A model generated the notes under the pieces. That model was not told the origin of the DNA. It saw only the letters and a program-made list of their open reading frames with translations, and did no database searches. Positions 48,415 through 59,430 of a DNA stretch of 64,000 bases are shown one piece after another (positions within the stretch are counted from its first letter, which is position 1; each line of letters starts with the position of its first letter). Position numbers and translations under genes: made by a program. This DNA is from Escherichia phage vb_EcoM_bov9_1. The DNA lies in sequence record MT884006.2; one strand, 5' to 3'.

Positions 48415-49164
48415 ATGGCAAACATTATTCGTTGTAAATTACCAGATGGTGTTCATCGTTTTAAACCATTTACGGTAGAAGATTATCGAGATTTTTTGTT
48501 AGTTCGAAACGATATAGAACATCGGTCACCACAAGAACAAAAAGAAATAATTACTGATTTAATTGATGATTATTTTGGAGACTATCCGAAGACTTGGCAA
48601 CCATTTATATTTTTGCAGGTATTTGTAGGGTCAATAGGTAAAACTAAAGTACCGGTCACATTTGTATGTCCAAAATGTAAAAAAGAAAAGACAGTTCCAT
48701 TTGAAATATATCAAAAAGAATTAAAGGAACCTGTTTTTGATGTAGCTAATGTTAAAATTAAATTAAAGTTTCCTTCTGAGTTTTATGAAAATAAAGCAAA
48801 GATGATTACTGAAAATATTCATTCTGTTCAAGTAGATGAAATATGGTATGATTGGAAGGAAATTAGTGAATCAAGCCAAATAGAACTTGTTGATGCCATC
48901 GAGATAGAAACATTAGAAAAAATTCTCGATGCAATGAATCCTATTAATTTAACTCTACATATGTCATGCTGTAATAAGTACATTAAAAAATACACTGATA
49001 TAGTAGACGTGTTTAAGCTATTAGTTAACCCAGATGAGATATTTACTTTTTATCAAATTAATCACACACTCGTAAAAAGTAATTATAGCTTAAATTCAAT
49101 AATGAAAATGATTCCTGCCGAGCGCGGATTCGTATTAAAACTGATTGAGAAGGATAAACAATAA
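48415..49164 (+). CDS. 51: gp51 baseplate hub assembly catalyst
   Basis: 249 aa ORF in conserved order. Confidence 0.85.
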   Translation: MANIIRCKLPDGVHRFKPFTVEDYRDFLLVRNDIEHRSPQEQKEIITDLIDDYFGDYPKTWQPFIFLQVFVGSIGKTKVPVTFVCPKCKKEKTVPFEIYQKELKEPVFDVANVKIKLKFPSEFYENKAKMITENIHSVQVDEIWYDWKEISESSQIELVDAIEIETLEKILDAMNPINLTLHMSCCNKYIKKYTDIVDVFKLLVNPDEIFTFYQINHTLVKSNYSLNSIMKMIPAERGFVLKLIEKDKQ

Positions 49165-50339
49165 TGAGTATGTTGCAACGCCCCGGATATCCAAATCTCA
49201 GCGTTAAATTATTTGATAGCTACGACGCTTGGAGTAATAATAGATTTGTTGAATTAGCTGCTACTATTACCACATTAACTATGCGGGATTCTCTTTATGG
49301 CCGAAATGAAGGAATGCTGCAGTTTTATGATTCTAAAAACATCCATACAAAAATGGATGGAAATGAAATAATTCAGATTTCTGTAGCTAATGCAAATGAT
49401 ATTAATAATGTTAAAACACGAATTTATGGATGTAAGCATTTTTCCGTGTCAGTAGATTCAAAAGGTGATAACATCATTGCTATTGAATTGGGAACTATTC
49501 ATTCTATAGAAAATCTTAAATTTGGTAGACCATTTTTCCCTGATGCGGGTGAATCTATAAAAGAAATGCTTGGCGTCATTTATCAAGACCGTACATTATT
49601 AACTCCAGCGATAAATGCTATAAATGCTTATGTTCCTGATATTCCATGGACTAGCACATTTGAAAACTATTTGTCATATGTCAGAGAAGTTGCTCTAGCT
49701 GTAGGAAGCGACAAATTTGTATTTGTGTGGCAAGACATCATGGGAGTTAACATGATGGACTATGATATGATGATAAATCAAGAACCATATCCAATGATTG
49801 TCGGTGAGCCATCTTTAATAGGTCAATTTGTCCAAGAATTAAAATATCCATTAGCATATGATTTCGTTTGGTTGACTAAATCGAATCCTCACAAACGTGA
49901 CCCAATGAAAAACGCTACTATCTATGCGCATTCGTTTTTGGATTCTTCATTGCCAATGATTACTACAGGAAAAGGAGAAAACTCTATTGTAGTGTCAAGG
50001 TCAGGTGCTTATTCTGAAATGACTTATAGGAATGGATATGAAGAAGCTATTCGTCTTCAAACTATGGCACAATATGACGGCTATGCTAAATGTTCTACTG
50101 TCGGTAATTTTAACTTGACTCCTGGTGTTAAAATTATTTTTAATGATAGTAAAAACCAATTTAAAACAGAATTTTACGTTGATGAAGTTATCCATGAATT
50201 ATCAAATAATAATTCAGTAACTCATCTTTATATGTTCACTAATGCAACGAAACTGGAAACAATAGACCCAGTTAAGGTTAAAAATGAATTTAAATCTGAT
50301 ACTACCACTGAAGAAAGTAGTTCTTCCAATAAGCAATAA
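49164..50339 (+). CDS. 27: gp27 baseplate hub protein
   Basis: 391 aa ORF in conserved order. Confidence 0.9.
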   Translation: MSMLQRPGYPNLSVKLFDSYDAWSNNRFVELAATITTLTMRDSLYGRNEGMLQFYDSKNIHTKMDGNEIIQISVANANDINNVKTRIYGCKHFSVSVDSKGDNIIAIELGTIHSIENLKFGRPFFPDAGESIKEMLGVIYQDRTLLTPAINAINAYVPDIPWTSTFENYLSYVREVALAVGSDKFVFVWQDIMGVNMMDYDMMINQEPYPMIVGEPSLIGQFVQELKYPLAYDFVWLTKSNPHKRDPMKNATIYAHSFLDSSLPMITTGKGENSIVVSRSGAYSEMTYRNGYEEAIRLQTMAQYDGYAKCSTVGNFNLTPGVKIIFNDSKNQFKTEFYVDEVIHELSNNNSVTHLYMFTNATKLETIDPVKVKNEFKSDTTTEESSSSNKQ

Positions 50340-50817
50340 AGAAGTTTCTATTCCTAAAATGGGTCTTAAACATTATAACATTTTAAAGGATGTTAAAGGT
50401 CCTGATGAAAATTTAAAACTTCTTATTGATTCTATTTGTCCGAATTTATCACCGGCAGAAGTTGATTTCGTTTCTATTCATTTATTGGAATTTAATGGAA
50501 AGATTAAATCTCGTAAAGAAATAGATGGCTATACTTATGACATTAATGATGTCTATGTATGCCAAAGATTGGAATTTCAATACCAAGGAAATACATTTTA
50601 TTTTAGACCTCCTGGAAAATTTGAACAATTTTTAACGGTGAGCGATATGTTATCTAAATGCTTGCTTAAGGTCAACGATGAAGTTAAAGAAATTAATTTT
50701 CTTGAGATGCCAGCATTCGTTTTAAAATGGGCAAATGATATTTTTACAACTTTAGCAATTCCTGGCCCTAATGGTCCAATAACTGGAATTGGCAATATTA
50801 TTGGATTATTTGAATGA
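50284..50817 (+). CDS. 28: gp28 baseplate hub distal subunit
   Basis: 177 aa ORF overlapping the 3' end of gene 27. Confidence 0.8.
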   Translation: MNLNLILPLKKVVLPISNKEVSIPKMGLKHYNILKDVKGPDENLKLLIDSICPNLSPAEVDFVSIHLLEFNGKIKSRKEIDGYTYDINDVYVCQRLEFQYQGNTFYFRPPGKFEQFLTVSDMLSKCLLKVNDEVKEINFLEMPAFVLKWANDIFTTLAIPGPNGPITGIGNIIGLFE

Positions 50818-52586
50818 AAAAGCCACAAGAAATGCAAACGATGCGTAGAAAAGTTATTTCAGATAATAAACCAACACAGGAAGCGGCTAAATCCGCTTCC
50901 AACACTTTATCTGGACTTAATGATATATCTACGAAATTGGATGATGCTCAAGCTGCTTCTGAATTAATAGCTCAAACTGTCGAAGAAAAATCGAATGAAA
51001 TAGTTGGAGCAATTGGTAACGTAGAAAGCGCAGTGAGTGATACTACTGCCGGTTCTGAGTTAATTGCTGAAACTGTCGAAATTGGCAACAATATTAATAA
51101 AGAAATCGGTGAATCACTCGGAAGCAAATTAGATAAATTAACAAGTTTACTAGAGCAAAAAATCCAGACAGCTGGAATTCAACAGACTGGAACTAGTTTA
51201 GCCACTGTTGAAAGCGCTATTCCTGTTAAAGTCGTTGAGGATGATACTGCCGAATCTGTGGGTCCTTTATTACCAGCTCCCGAAGCAGTTAATAATGATC
51301 CTGACGCTGATTTTTTCCCTACCCCTCAACCAGTTGAACCCAAACAAGAATCGTCAGAAGAAAAACAGAAAAAAGAAGCATTTAACTTAAAATTATCTCA
51401 AGCTTTAGATAAATTAACAAAGACTGTTGATTTTGGATTTAAGAAATCCATTTCAATTAGTGATAAAATATCAAGCATGTTATTTAAGTACACCATAAGT
51501 GCTGCTATTGAAGCTGCTAAAATGACTGCAATGATATTGGCTGTTGTTGTTGGAATAGACCTTTTGATGGTTCATTTTAAATACTGGTCAGATAAATTTT
51601 CAAAAGCCTGGGATTTATTTAATACTGACTTTACTAAATTCTCTAGCGAAACCGGAACATGGGGTCCTTTATTACAGAGCATCTTTGGTTCTATTGATAA
51701 AATTAGACAACTTTGGGAAAAGGGAGATTGGGGTGGATTGACAGTAGCTATTATAGAAGGGCTTGGAAAGGTTCTTTTTAATTTAGGAGAGCTTATTCAA
51801 TTAGGTATGGCTAAATTATCTGCTGCAATTCTTCGAGTTATTCCTGGCATGAAGGATACTGCTGATGAAGTAGAAGGAAGAGCACTGGAAAATTTCCAAA
51901 ATACTACAAATGCTTCTCTTAGCAAAGAAGATCAAGAAAAAGTTGCAAATTATCAATATAAAAGAATGAACGGAGATCTTGGTCCAATAGCAAAAGGATT
52001 AGACAAAATTGCGAACTGGAAAACTCGTGCTTCTAACTGGATTCGTGGTGTTGATAATAAAGAAGCACTAACGACTGATGAAGAGAGAGCAGAGGAAGAA
52101 GAAAAATTAAAGCAACTTTCTCCGGAAGAAGCTAAAATTGCTTTAATGAAAGCTAATGAAGCTCGTGCTGCTATGAATCGTTTTGAACAATATGCCGATT
52201 CAGCTGATATGAGTAAAGACTCAACGGTTAAATCAGTTGAAGCTGCCTATGAAGACCTTAAAAAACGGATGGATGACCCGGATTTAAATAATTCACCGGC
52301 AGTTAAAAAAGAACTTGCTGCTAGATTTTCTAAAATTGATGCTACTTATCAAGAGCTCAAGAAAAATCAGCCTAATGCCAAACCTGAAACTTCTGCTAAA
52401 TCACCAGAAGCAAAACAAGTCCAGGTAATAGAAAAGAACAAAGCACAGCAAGCTCCTGTTCAACAAGCATCTCCTTCAATCAATAATACTAATAATGTTA
52501 TTAAGAAAAATACTGTCGTTCATAATATGACACCTGTAACGAGCACGACTGCTCCTGGTGTATTTGGCGCGACTGGAGTTAATTAA
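50814..52586 (+). CDS. 29: gp29 tail tape measure / hub protein
   Basis: 590 aa ORF in conserved order. Confidence 0.9.
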   Translation: MKKPQEMQTMRRKVISDNKPTQEAAKSASNTLSGLNDISTKLDDAQAASELIAQTVEEKSNEIVGAIGNVESAVSDTTAGSELIAETVEIGNNINKEIGESLGSKLDKLTSLLEQKIQTAGIQQTGTSLATVESAIPVKVVEDDTAESVGPLLPAPEAVNNDPDADFFPTPQPVEPKQESSEEKQKKEAFNLKLSQALDKLTKTVDFGFKKSISISDKISSMLFKYTISAAIEAAKMTAMILAVVVGIDLLMVHFKYWSDKFSKAWDLFNTDFTKFSSETGTWGPLLQSIFGSIDKIRQLWEKGDWGGLTVAIIEGLGKVLFNLGELIQLGMAKLSAAILRVIPGMKDTADEVEGRALENFQNTTNASLSKEDQEKVANYQYKRMNGDLGPIAKGLDKIANWKTRASNWIRGVDNKEALTTDEERAEEEEKLKQLSPEEAKIALMKANEARAAMNRFEQYADSADMSKDSTVKSVEAAYEDLKKRMDDPDLNNSPAVKKELAARFSKIDATYQELKKNQPNAKPETSAKSPEAKQVQVIEKNKAQQAPVQQASPSINNTNNVIKKNTVVHNMTPVTSTTAPGVFGATGVN

Positions 52587-52594
52587 GGAATAAT

Positions 52595-53689
52595 ATGGCA
52601 ATTGTTAAAGAAATAACTGCTGATTTAATTAAAAAGTCCGGTGAGAAAATTTCAGCCGGACAGAGTACTAAATCAGAAGTAGGAACTAAAACATACACTG
52701 CCCAGTTTCCAACTGGGCGTGCTAGTGGTAATGACACTACAGGGGACTTCCAGGTAACAGATCTATATAAGAATGGATTATTATTTACTGCATACAATAT
52801 GTCATCTAGGGATTCTGGAAGTCTTAGATCGATGAGATCTAACTACTCTTCTTCATCTTCGAGTATTTTACGTACAGCAAGAAACACTATTAGTAGTACA
52901 GTATCAAAACTATCAAATGGATTAATATCAAATAATAATTCAGGAACAATAAGTAAATCTCCTATCGCAAACATTCTTTTACCGAGATCTAAATCTGATG
53001 TTGATACATCATCACATAGATTTAATGATGTTCAAGAAAGCCTTATTAGTAGAGGCGGAGGTACTGCTACTGGAGTGCTAAGTAATATTGCTTCAACCGC
53101 AGTATTTGGGGCGTTGGAAAGTATAACACAAGGTATAATGGCTGATAATAATGAACAGATTTATACGACAGCCAGAAGTATGTATGGTGGTGCTGAAAAT
53201 AGAACTAAAGTGTTTACATGGGATTTGACTCCACGTTCAACGGAAGATTTGATGGCTATTATTAATATCTATCAATATTTTAACTATTTTTCTTATGGTG
53301 AAACGGGTAAATCTCAATATGCTGCTGAAATAAAGGGGTATTTAGATGATTGGTATCGTTCTACGTTAATTGAACCTTTATCTCCGGAAGACGCAGCTAA
53401 AAATAAAACACTATTTGAGAAAATGACATCGAGTTTAACTAACGTTCTAGTGGTTTCAAACCCGACAATTTGGATGGTGAAAAACTTTGGTGCAACATCT
53501 AAGTTTGATGGAAAAACGGAAATATTTGGCCCATGCCAAATACAGAGCATCAGATTTGATAAAACACCCAATGGTAACTTTAACGGATTAGCTATTGCTC
53601 CAAACCTCCCTAGTACATTTACTCTCGAGATTACTATGAGAGAAATTATCACGTTAAACCGTGCTTCTTTATATGCGGGGACTTTTTAA
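52595..53689 (+). CDS. 48: gp48 baseplate-tail tube junction protein
   Basis: 364 aa ORF in conserved order. Confidence 0.9.
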   Translation: MAIVKEITADLIKKSGEKISAGQSTKSEVGTKTYTAQFPTGRASGNDTTGDFQVTDLYKNGLLFTAYNMSSRDSGSLRSMRSNYSSSSSSILRTARNTISSTVSKLSNGLISNNNSGTISKSPIANILLPRSKSDVDTSSHRFNDVQESLISRGGGTATGVLSNIASTAVFGALESITQGIMADNNEQIYTTARSMYGGAENRTKVFTWDLTPRSTEDLMAIINIYQYFNYFSYGETGKSQYAAEIKGYLDDWYRSTLIEPLSPEDAAKNKTLFEKMTSSLTNVLVVSNPTIWMVKNFGATSKFDGKTEIFGPCQIQSIRFDKTPNGNFNGLAIAPNLPSTFTLEITMREIITLNRASLYAGTF

Positions 53690-54654
53690 TGTATTCTTTA
53701 GAGGAATTTAATAATCAAGCAATAAACGCAGATTTCCAACGTAATAATATGTTTAGCTGCGTTTTTGCAACAACTCCATCAACTAAAAGCTCTTCGTTGA
53801 TAAGTTCAATTAGCAACTTTTCTTATAATAACTTGGGCCTAAATTCAGATTGGTTAGGATTAACTCAAGGCGATATTAATCAGGGAATTACCACGCTAAT
53901 TACAGCTGGCACACAAAAACTGATAAGAAAATCAGGTGTTAGTAAATATCTTATTGGTGCCATGAGTCAACGTACAGTTCAAAGTTTATTAGGCTCATTT
54001 ACAGTTGGTACATATTTAATTGACTTCTTTAACATGGCATATAACTCATCTGGATTGATGATATACTCTGTAAAAATGCCAGAGAATAGATTATCCTATG
54101 AAACTGACTGGAACTATAATTCTCCTAATATTCGTATAACTGGGAGAGAATTAGACCCTTTGGTTATTTCATTTAGAATGGATTCAGAAGCTTGTAACTA
54201 TCGTGCAATGCAAGACTGGGTTAACTCTGTTCAAGACCCAGTAACTGGATTGCGTGCTTTGCCGCAAGATGTCGAGGCAGATATTCAGGTTAATCTTCAT
54301 TCTCGCAATGGATTACCTCATACTGCGGTGATGTTCACCGGATGCATTCCAATATCAGTGAGCGCTCCTGAGTTATCATATGATGGAGATAACCAAATAA
54401 CTACATTTGATGTTACTTTTGCGTACAGAGTGATGCAGGCTGGAGCAGTTGATAGGCAAGCTGCGCTTGAATGGCTTGAATCTGCTGCTATAAATGGTAT
54501 TCAAAGCGTTCTCGGAAATAGTGGAGGTGTTACTGGACTATCTAATTCGCTTTCACGACTCAGTAGATTAGGGGGAACTGCAGGAAGCATTTCAAACATT
54601 AATACTATGACAGGAATTGTCAATTCGCAGAGTAAAATATTAGGAGCAATATAA
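53689..54654 (+). CDS. 54: gp54 baseplate-tail tube initiator
   Basis: 321 aa ORF in conserved order. Confidence 0.9.
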   Translation: MYSLEEFNNQAINADFQRNNMFSCVFATTPSTKSSSLISSISNFSYNNLGLNSDWLGLTQGDINQGITTLITAGTQKLIRKSGVSKYLIGAMSQRTVQSLLGSFTVGTYLIDFFNMAYNSSGLMIYSVKMPENRLSYETDWNYNSPNIRITGRELDPLVISFRMDSEACNYRAMQDWVNSVQDPVTGLRALPQDVEADIQVNLHSRNGLPHTAVMFTGCIPISVSAPELSYDGDNQITTFDVTFAYRVMQAGAVDRQAALEWLESAAINGIQSVLGNSGGVTGLSNSLSRLSRLGGTAGSISNINTMTGIVNSQSKILGAI

Positions 54655-54658
54655 CAAT

Positions 54659-54690
54659 GGGGACCTTTCGGTCCCCATATTTTTATTTAC
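54659..54690 (+). terminator. Intrinsic terminator after gene 54
   Basis: GGGGACC-TTTC-GGTCCCC hairpin followed by ATATTTTTATTT. Confidence 0.65.
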
Positions 54691-54973
54691 GGAATGAAAT
54701 GAAAGCAGAAACTGAAGCAACTAAACTGTCTTCAATATAAACTTCAATTTTTACCGGAGCTTCTGACTCAAATTTACCTGTTACTACACCCTGAAAAATG
54801 CTTTCAGTCTGTTCTGGCTTTGAAAAATTTTCAGAAGGGAAAATTCCGAACTTTTTATCTGTTCCAAAAATTTTAATAAATTCATCGTAAACTGCTTCAT
54901 TAAAAGCGTTATCAGCAGGAATAACGCCTTCAACTACAAGTTCTTGACCTAAAAAGCGCAAAGAAGATTTCAT
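54683..54973 (-). CDS. Hypothetical early protein
   Basis: 96 aa ORF with its own early-type promoter, between late genes 54 and the alt paralogue. Confidence 0.5.
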   Translation of the reverse strand: MKSSLRFLGQELVVEGVIPADNAFNEAVYDEFIKIFGTDKKFGIFPSENFSKPEQTESIFQGVVTGKFESEAPVKIEVYIEDSLVASVSAFISFRK

Positions 54974-55004
54974 TTTGTGTTCCTCATGTTATGTCAGTAA
55001 GACT

Positions 55005-55034
55005 ACTATAACACAACATAAGGAACTTGTAAAC
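55005..55034 (-). promoter_or_regulatory. T4-type early promoter (GTTTAC -35, 18 bp spacer, TGTTATAGT extended -10)
   Basis: Minus-strand reading GTTTAC-N18-TGTTATAGT about 30 nt upstream of ATG at 54973; -35 overlaps the alt paralogue stop codon. Confidence 0.55.
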
Positions 55035-57091
55035 TACATTTTGAACTTTTTAGACATTCCGTTGATGTTAACCAAAGAAGCTAAGATTTGAGAAACTTCG
55101 TTTTCCTCTTCTTTTGATTCTTCTACAAGGAATTGATTAAATCCAGCCATTGGACGAACTTCACCAGTTTCCATCAGATGGTCGCCATCATATACTGATT
55201 CTTCTAATTGTTCAGAAGGAGGAACGATTGTACCTTCGATTAGATACTTGTTATAAGCAGTTTCTTTCATCATGTACGTACTTACTTTATTAATCTTCAG
55301 TAAAATTCCACGCGGCAAAATAACTTCAGCTTCGGATGGAAATCCTGATAAATGACCTGGAACGATAACTTTAACTCGTTCAGCTCCTTTAATTACCATA
55401 CCTACATTAGTTTCAGCGTCTTCATTCGCATATGTAGAATGACTACCCATATGCATTAAATCTTCAGCATCAACTGAACCTTCTCCTTCACCAGAAAATA
55501 CTGCTCCGGAATCATCTAAGGCCATATAATTTTTACCATATTCACCGAAGATATTTGGCTTGAGTGAAGTAGATACAAAGTTCTTGAAATAGAACATTTT
55601 ATTTTCTATATTATGACGTAAAGTTTTAAAGGTAACTTCTTGCCCACGATAAAGAGTAGTTCCTGGAGGAAGAACTGAACCTTTAGAAAATGCAGAATCC
55701 AGCGTCTCAATATGTTTAATAGCTCGTTCCATATATTCTTCACGGGTAGAATCAGGTTTACCTAGAAGGAACGAGTTCATTTCAACATATGAATCTGCGC
55801 AATAATCTTCAATTACATCAGACTCAGCCTGAGTTAATCCTTTTGGAGTTACTTCAGTGCTTGCATATTCATATGCCTGAGCAGCAGATTCATCAATTAA
55901 TTTATAAATTCCATTCATTACAAATTGAATAATAGCTGTCTTTTCATCTGGTGTAGCTTTAGAACCTTTAACTAAATCATTGACAATTTTCTTAATAACA
56001 TCAAAGCTATTAGAAATATTAATGTCAGCAAGATCGCTTAAAATTTTATCAGTTTTATAATCAAAGAATTCTTTATTCTTTAAATATTCTTGAGAACCTT
56101 GATATGTTATATCGCTCTGCAGCTTGATAGATGGATCGCGTAAACGTGCATGGGCCAATGCAATATGATTTCGGAAGCTTTCGAGTTCATAATCACTAGA
56201 TTTAAAACGAGAAGCACTTCTCATACCACCGATAGCTCCTTTGCTAAAGTTTGAACCAACCTGAATAACGCCAGAGTTCATTGGTCCTTCTGCTTTATAT
56301 ACCGGAACTTTAGATTCAAACTCTTGATATTTCTTAGCAGCGAAGCTATCACCCTGAAGTGAAGCATCAACAGTAGAATATTGAGCTTGTGCTGCTAATC
56401 GACGACTAATTTTAGTTTTCTGAATAACAGCTTGATCCGTGCGCTTATCATTTTCTAAAGCAATAGAAGCAGCAACAGCAACAGCTTTAGGAACAGCATT
56501 ACCTGTTTTAACGTCTACATAAACATCACCAACCTTTGATTCAACTTTTGTGAATAACTCGGTTGAAATAGGAGGTACACCTGGAATGTCTTCTAAATTG
56601 GCATTTTTACGGTAAACCATAATATATGCGTACTTTTTATCATAATCCCAGATTTCCTTTAAAAGAACATATCGACCTGCTCCTTTAGTACGTACTAAAC
56701 GGTCAGCAATAACTTGCATTTGCCGAGCAGCGCCATTTGTTTTACTTTTTAGTACGCGGAATAAGCATGCATCAATTTTATACTGTTTCATTGTTTGAAG
56801 AGCAGTATCAAAAACAGCATTAATGACGCCAATTGGATTTCCACCCAAGTTTTTAAGCTTAACTAATGATAGTTTCTCATTAACACCTATCATTACGATA
56901 TGCATCATTTTGTCGCCTGGCTTAACGTTTTTATTCGTATCACCGCCAGAGGTGTATGTACAAAATCTAAATCCAGGAAGCACGCTTTCTTCACCTGCTT
57001 GAATAGCAAAAATTTGAGGTATTTTATGCTTAGGATTTAAGTTAACAACCGGCGCCGAAGCGCCGTCAAATAATTCTGTAATAAGTTCCAT
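55034..57091 (-). CDS. Alt-family ADP-ribosyltransferase, paralogue 2
   Basis: 685 aa; N-terminal about 230 aa highly similar to the adjacent alt (MELITELFD...), diverged middle region, C-terminal ART motifs LYR, FVSTSL and SEAEVILPRG. Confidence 0.8.
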   Translation of the reverse strand: MELITELFDGASAPVVNLNPKHKIPQIFAIQAGEESVLPGFRFCTYTSGGDTNKNVKPGDKMMHIVMIGVNEKLSLVKLKNLGGNPIGVINAVFDTALQTMKQYKIDACLFRVLKSKTNGAARQMQVIADRLVRTKGAGRYVLLKEIWDYDKKYAYIMVYRKNANLEDIPGVPPISTELFTKVESKVGDVYVDVKTGNAVPKAVAVAASIALENDKRTDQAVIQKTKISRRLAAQAQYSTVDASLQGDSFAAKKYQEFESKVPVYKAEGPMNSGVIQVGSNFSKGAIGGMRSASRFKSSDYELESFRNHIALAHARLRDPSIKLQSDITYQGSQEYLKNKEFFDYKTDKILSDLADINISNSFDVIKKIVNDLVKGSKATPDEKTAIIQFVMNGIYKLIDESAAQAYEYASTEVTPKGLTQAESDVIEDYCADSYVEMNSFLLGKPDSTREEYMERAIKHIETLDSAFSKGSVLPPGTTLYRGQEVTFKTLRHNIENKMFYFKNFVSTSLKPNIFGEYGKNYMALDDSGAVFSGEGEGSVDAEDLMHMGSHSTYANEDAETNVGMVIKGAERVKVIVPGHLSGFPSEAEVILPRGILLKINKVSTYMMKETAYNKYLIEGTIVPPSEQLEESVYDGDHLMETGEVRPMAGFNQFLVEESKEEENEVSQILASLVNINGMSKKFKM

Positions 57092-57094
57092 GAT

Positions 57095-59188
57095 TTATCC
57101 TTGAACGAACTTGTAAGGCATGTTTGTAATATCTATGCAAGACGCAATAATTCCAAGAGATGATTCTACTTTCTGTTTAATATTTGATGAAACAAATGAT
57201 GCAAAGTCAACTCTGTCTTCTATTTCAATATCACCTGTCATTGCAGCCAATTCACCAGTTTCCATTAAATGGTCTCCATCATAGATTACCGATTCGGTGA
57301 GCTCTTCCGTGGTCATAACTTCAGCTTGAATGAGTTTTGTATTATTAGATGTTGTTCCGTCATTATTAGAAGCATCGGTTATTTTATTAACTTTGACCAT
57401 CAATCCACGCGGTAGAATAACTTCAGCTTCTGTTGCTATTCCGAGACTTCCTGGATATACAACATTAACTTTATGAGCTCCATCAATTGCCCATCCTATT
57501 TGAACTTTAACATATTCAGGATTTTCTTTATACGCTCTTATTTCGTTTGGATTAATAGTTATTCCTTCTTCATTTTTATCAACTGTTAATTCATTGCGAG
57601 CTTCTGGTTCTAAAAGACCAATACCAGCATGTGTGATTCCAAAACGTCCAAAAATGATAGGAGTTAAAGAAGTAGATACAAAATTTCTGAAGTAGAACAC
57701 TTTATTTTTAACTAACGCTTCATATATAGGAGCAGTCATACTTTGAGCACGATAAACTGTAATGCCTTCTGGTATACGGTCACCATTTTCAAAAGCTGAA
57801 TCTAAGTTATTTATAGCAGATTCAATTTCTTTTTCACTCATTACATCGTATCGTTCTGGATTGTAACGACCTAAAAGAAGATTATTGATGTCAGTATATC
57901 CTGATCCACAATACTCTCTAATGCCGCGCTTTTGCGATGGAGTATATTTAGAACCATCACGTGCAATGGTAATATCAATCATTGGACCTGCACCAATTCC
58001 AGAAAAGCTATAAATCATTCGTTTGAGGAATTTAGTTTTTGCTGCGTTCCAGGAATTTTTAGTTATTTCTTCCCAGACTTCATCTGGCTGCCCTTTACGA
58101 GTTTTATTATGTTTATCAAGCCAATTATCTTTATATTCTTCAAATAATTGATTAACAGCTGCTGCGTATTTCTCTAAACATTTTATTGAAGTAGTTGGTT
58201 CATTTTTAATCGCATTAAGAATTACATCTTTAATTTTTTCAGAAACTTCATTAACCTCACTTTTTAAAAAGAATTTATAGTCATAGTGAAGTTCATCTGC
58301 GGTTCCTTCGGCAATAATTTTTGCTGCCTTAGTTTTAGAAGCTAATGAATTAATTCCAAGCTTCATTTCTTCTGCTTCGGGAATTAAAGGAGCTGTAGCA
58401 GGTTTATTGAAATTAGCTGCGGTAGATTCATATTTCTGGAATAATTCGCTTTCAAATCTAGAAGATTCTAATGACTGACTTTGTGCAATTGCTCTACGGG
58501 AAATTTTAACTTTAACGATAACAGCTTGGTCAGAGCGTTTATCATTTTCTTGTGCAATAGATGCTGCAATTGCCTCATTTTTAGTTACTTGAGCTCCAGT
58601 ATCTTTATTGATATAAACATCGCCGACTTTCGATTCAACCTTAGTAAAGAGCTCGGTACTAATTTCAGGAACTCCTGGAATGTCTTCTAGTGATACATTT
58701 TTGCGATGTATAAGAATATATGCGTACTTTTTATCATAATCCCAGAGTTCCTTAAGAAGGACGTATCTGCCACCTGAACGACTACGGATAAGTCTATCAG
58801 CAATAACTTGAATTTGTCGAGCTTGACCAGCAGTTTTAGACTTAAGAATACGAAGCATACAGGCATCAATTTTATACTGACGCATCGTCTGCATTGCAAC
58901 AGTAAAAACTGAATTGATGTAATTAATTGGGCTTGGACCGAGACCTTTTAATTTAGCAATTGAACCTTTAGCAGTTAATGTAAAAGGAACAATATGCATC
59001 ATTTTATCGCCCATTTTTAAATCGCGATTAGTATCACCTCCAGATGTATAGGTACATAAACGAAAGCCTGGTTGTTCAATTGCATCATCAACATGAACTG
59101 AAAAAATTTGTGGTATTTTCTTCTTTGGATTTAAGTTTGTAATCGGAAGAGTAGTATCTTCGTCAAATAATTCTGTAATAAGTTCCAT
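57095..59188 (-). CDS. alt: Alt ADP-ribosyltransferase (packaged, injected)
   Basis: 697 aa matching T4 Alt at N- and C-termini; ART motifs VYR, FVSTSL and EAEVILPRG; late promoter upstream. Confidence 0.9.
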   Translation of the reverse strand: MELITELFDEDTTLPITNLNPKKKIPQIFSVHVDDAIEQPGFRLCTYTSGGDTNRDLKMGDKMMHIVPFTLTAKGSIAKLKGLGPSPINYINSVFTVAMQTMRQYKIDACMLRILKSKTAGQARQIQVIADRLIRSRSGGRYVLLKELWDYDKKYAYILIHRKNVSLEDIPGVPEISTELFTKVESKVGDVYINKDTGAQVTKNEAIAASIAQENDKRSDQAVIVKVKISRRAIAQSQSLESSRFESELFQKYESTAANFNKPATAPLIPEAEEMKLGINSLASKTKAAKIIAEGTADELHYDYKFFLKSEVNEVSEKIKDVILNAIKNEPTTSIKCLEKYAAAVNQLFEEYKDNWLDKHNKTRKGQPDEVWEEITKNSWNAAKTKFLKRMIYSFSGIGAGPMIDITIARDGSKYTPSQKRGIREYCGSGYTDINNLLLGRYNPERYDVMSEKEIESAINNLDSAFENGDRIPEGITVYRAQSMTAPIYEALVKNKVFYFRNFVSTSLTPIIFGRFGITHAGIGLLEPEARNELTVDKNEEGITINPNEIRAYKENPEYVKVQIGWAIDGAHKVNVVYPGSLGIATEAEVILPRGLMVKVNKITDASNNDGTTSNNTKLIQAEVMTTEELTESVIYDGDHLMETGELAAMTGDIEIEDRVDFASFVSSNIKQKVESSLGIIASCIDITNMPYKFVQG

Positions 59189-59207
59189 GTTATCCTCTCT
59201 AGTGTTT

Positions 59208-59215
59208 ATTCTATT
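59208..59215 (-). promoter_or_regulatory. Late promoter TATAAATA (minus strand) for alt
   Basis: Plus TATTTATA equals minus TATAAATA, 20 nt upstream of ATG at 59188, with GAGAGGA SD between. Confidence 0.65.
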
Positions 59216-59244
59216 TATAAAATTAAAGGCCCGAAGGCCTTTAA

Positions 59245-59430
59245 TTAATAGAGAGCTAAAAGAGTACGATATACTTCAAACTTTGGACCTTTTTCATATG
59301 GATCAAATCTTTCCGTGAATTCATCATATGCTAGTTTATCTGGGAATTCAAGAATAACCTGCGATACCGCAGTGGAAACATCTCCACCTTCTTTTTGAGC
59401 CACGACAATTGTTTCTAAGTAAGCTTTCAT
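59245..59430 (-). CDS. Hypothetical protein
   Basis: 61 aa ORF overlapping the gene 30 stop. Confidence 0.45.
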   Translation of the reverse strand: MKAYLETIVVAQKEGGDVSTAVSQVILEFPDKLAYDEFTERFDPYEKGPKFEVYRTLLALY

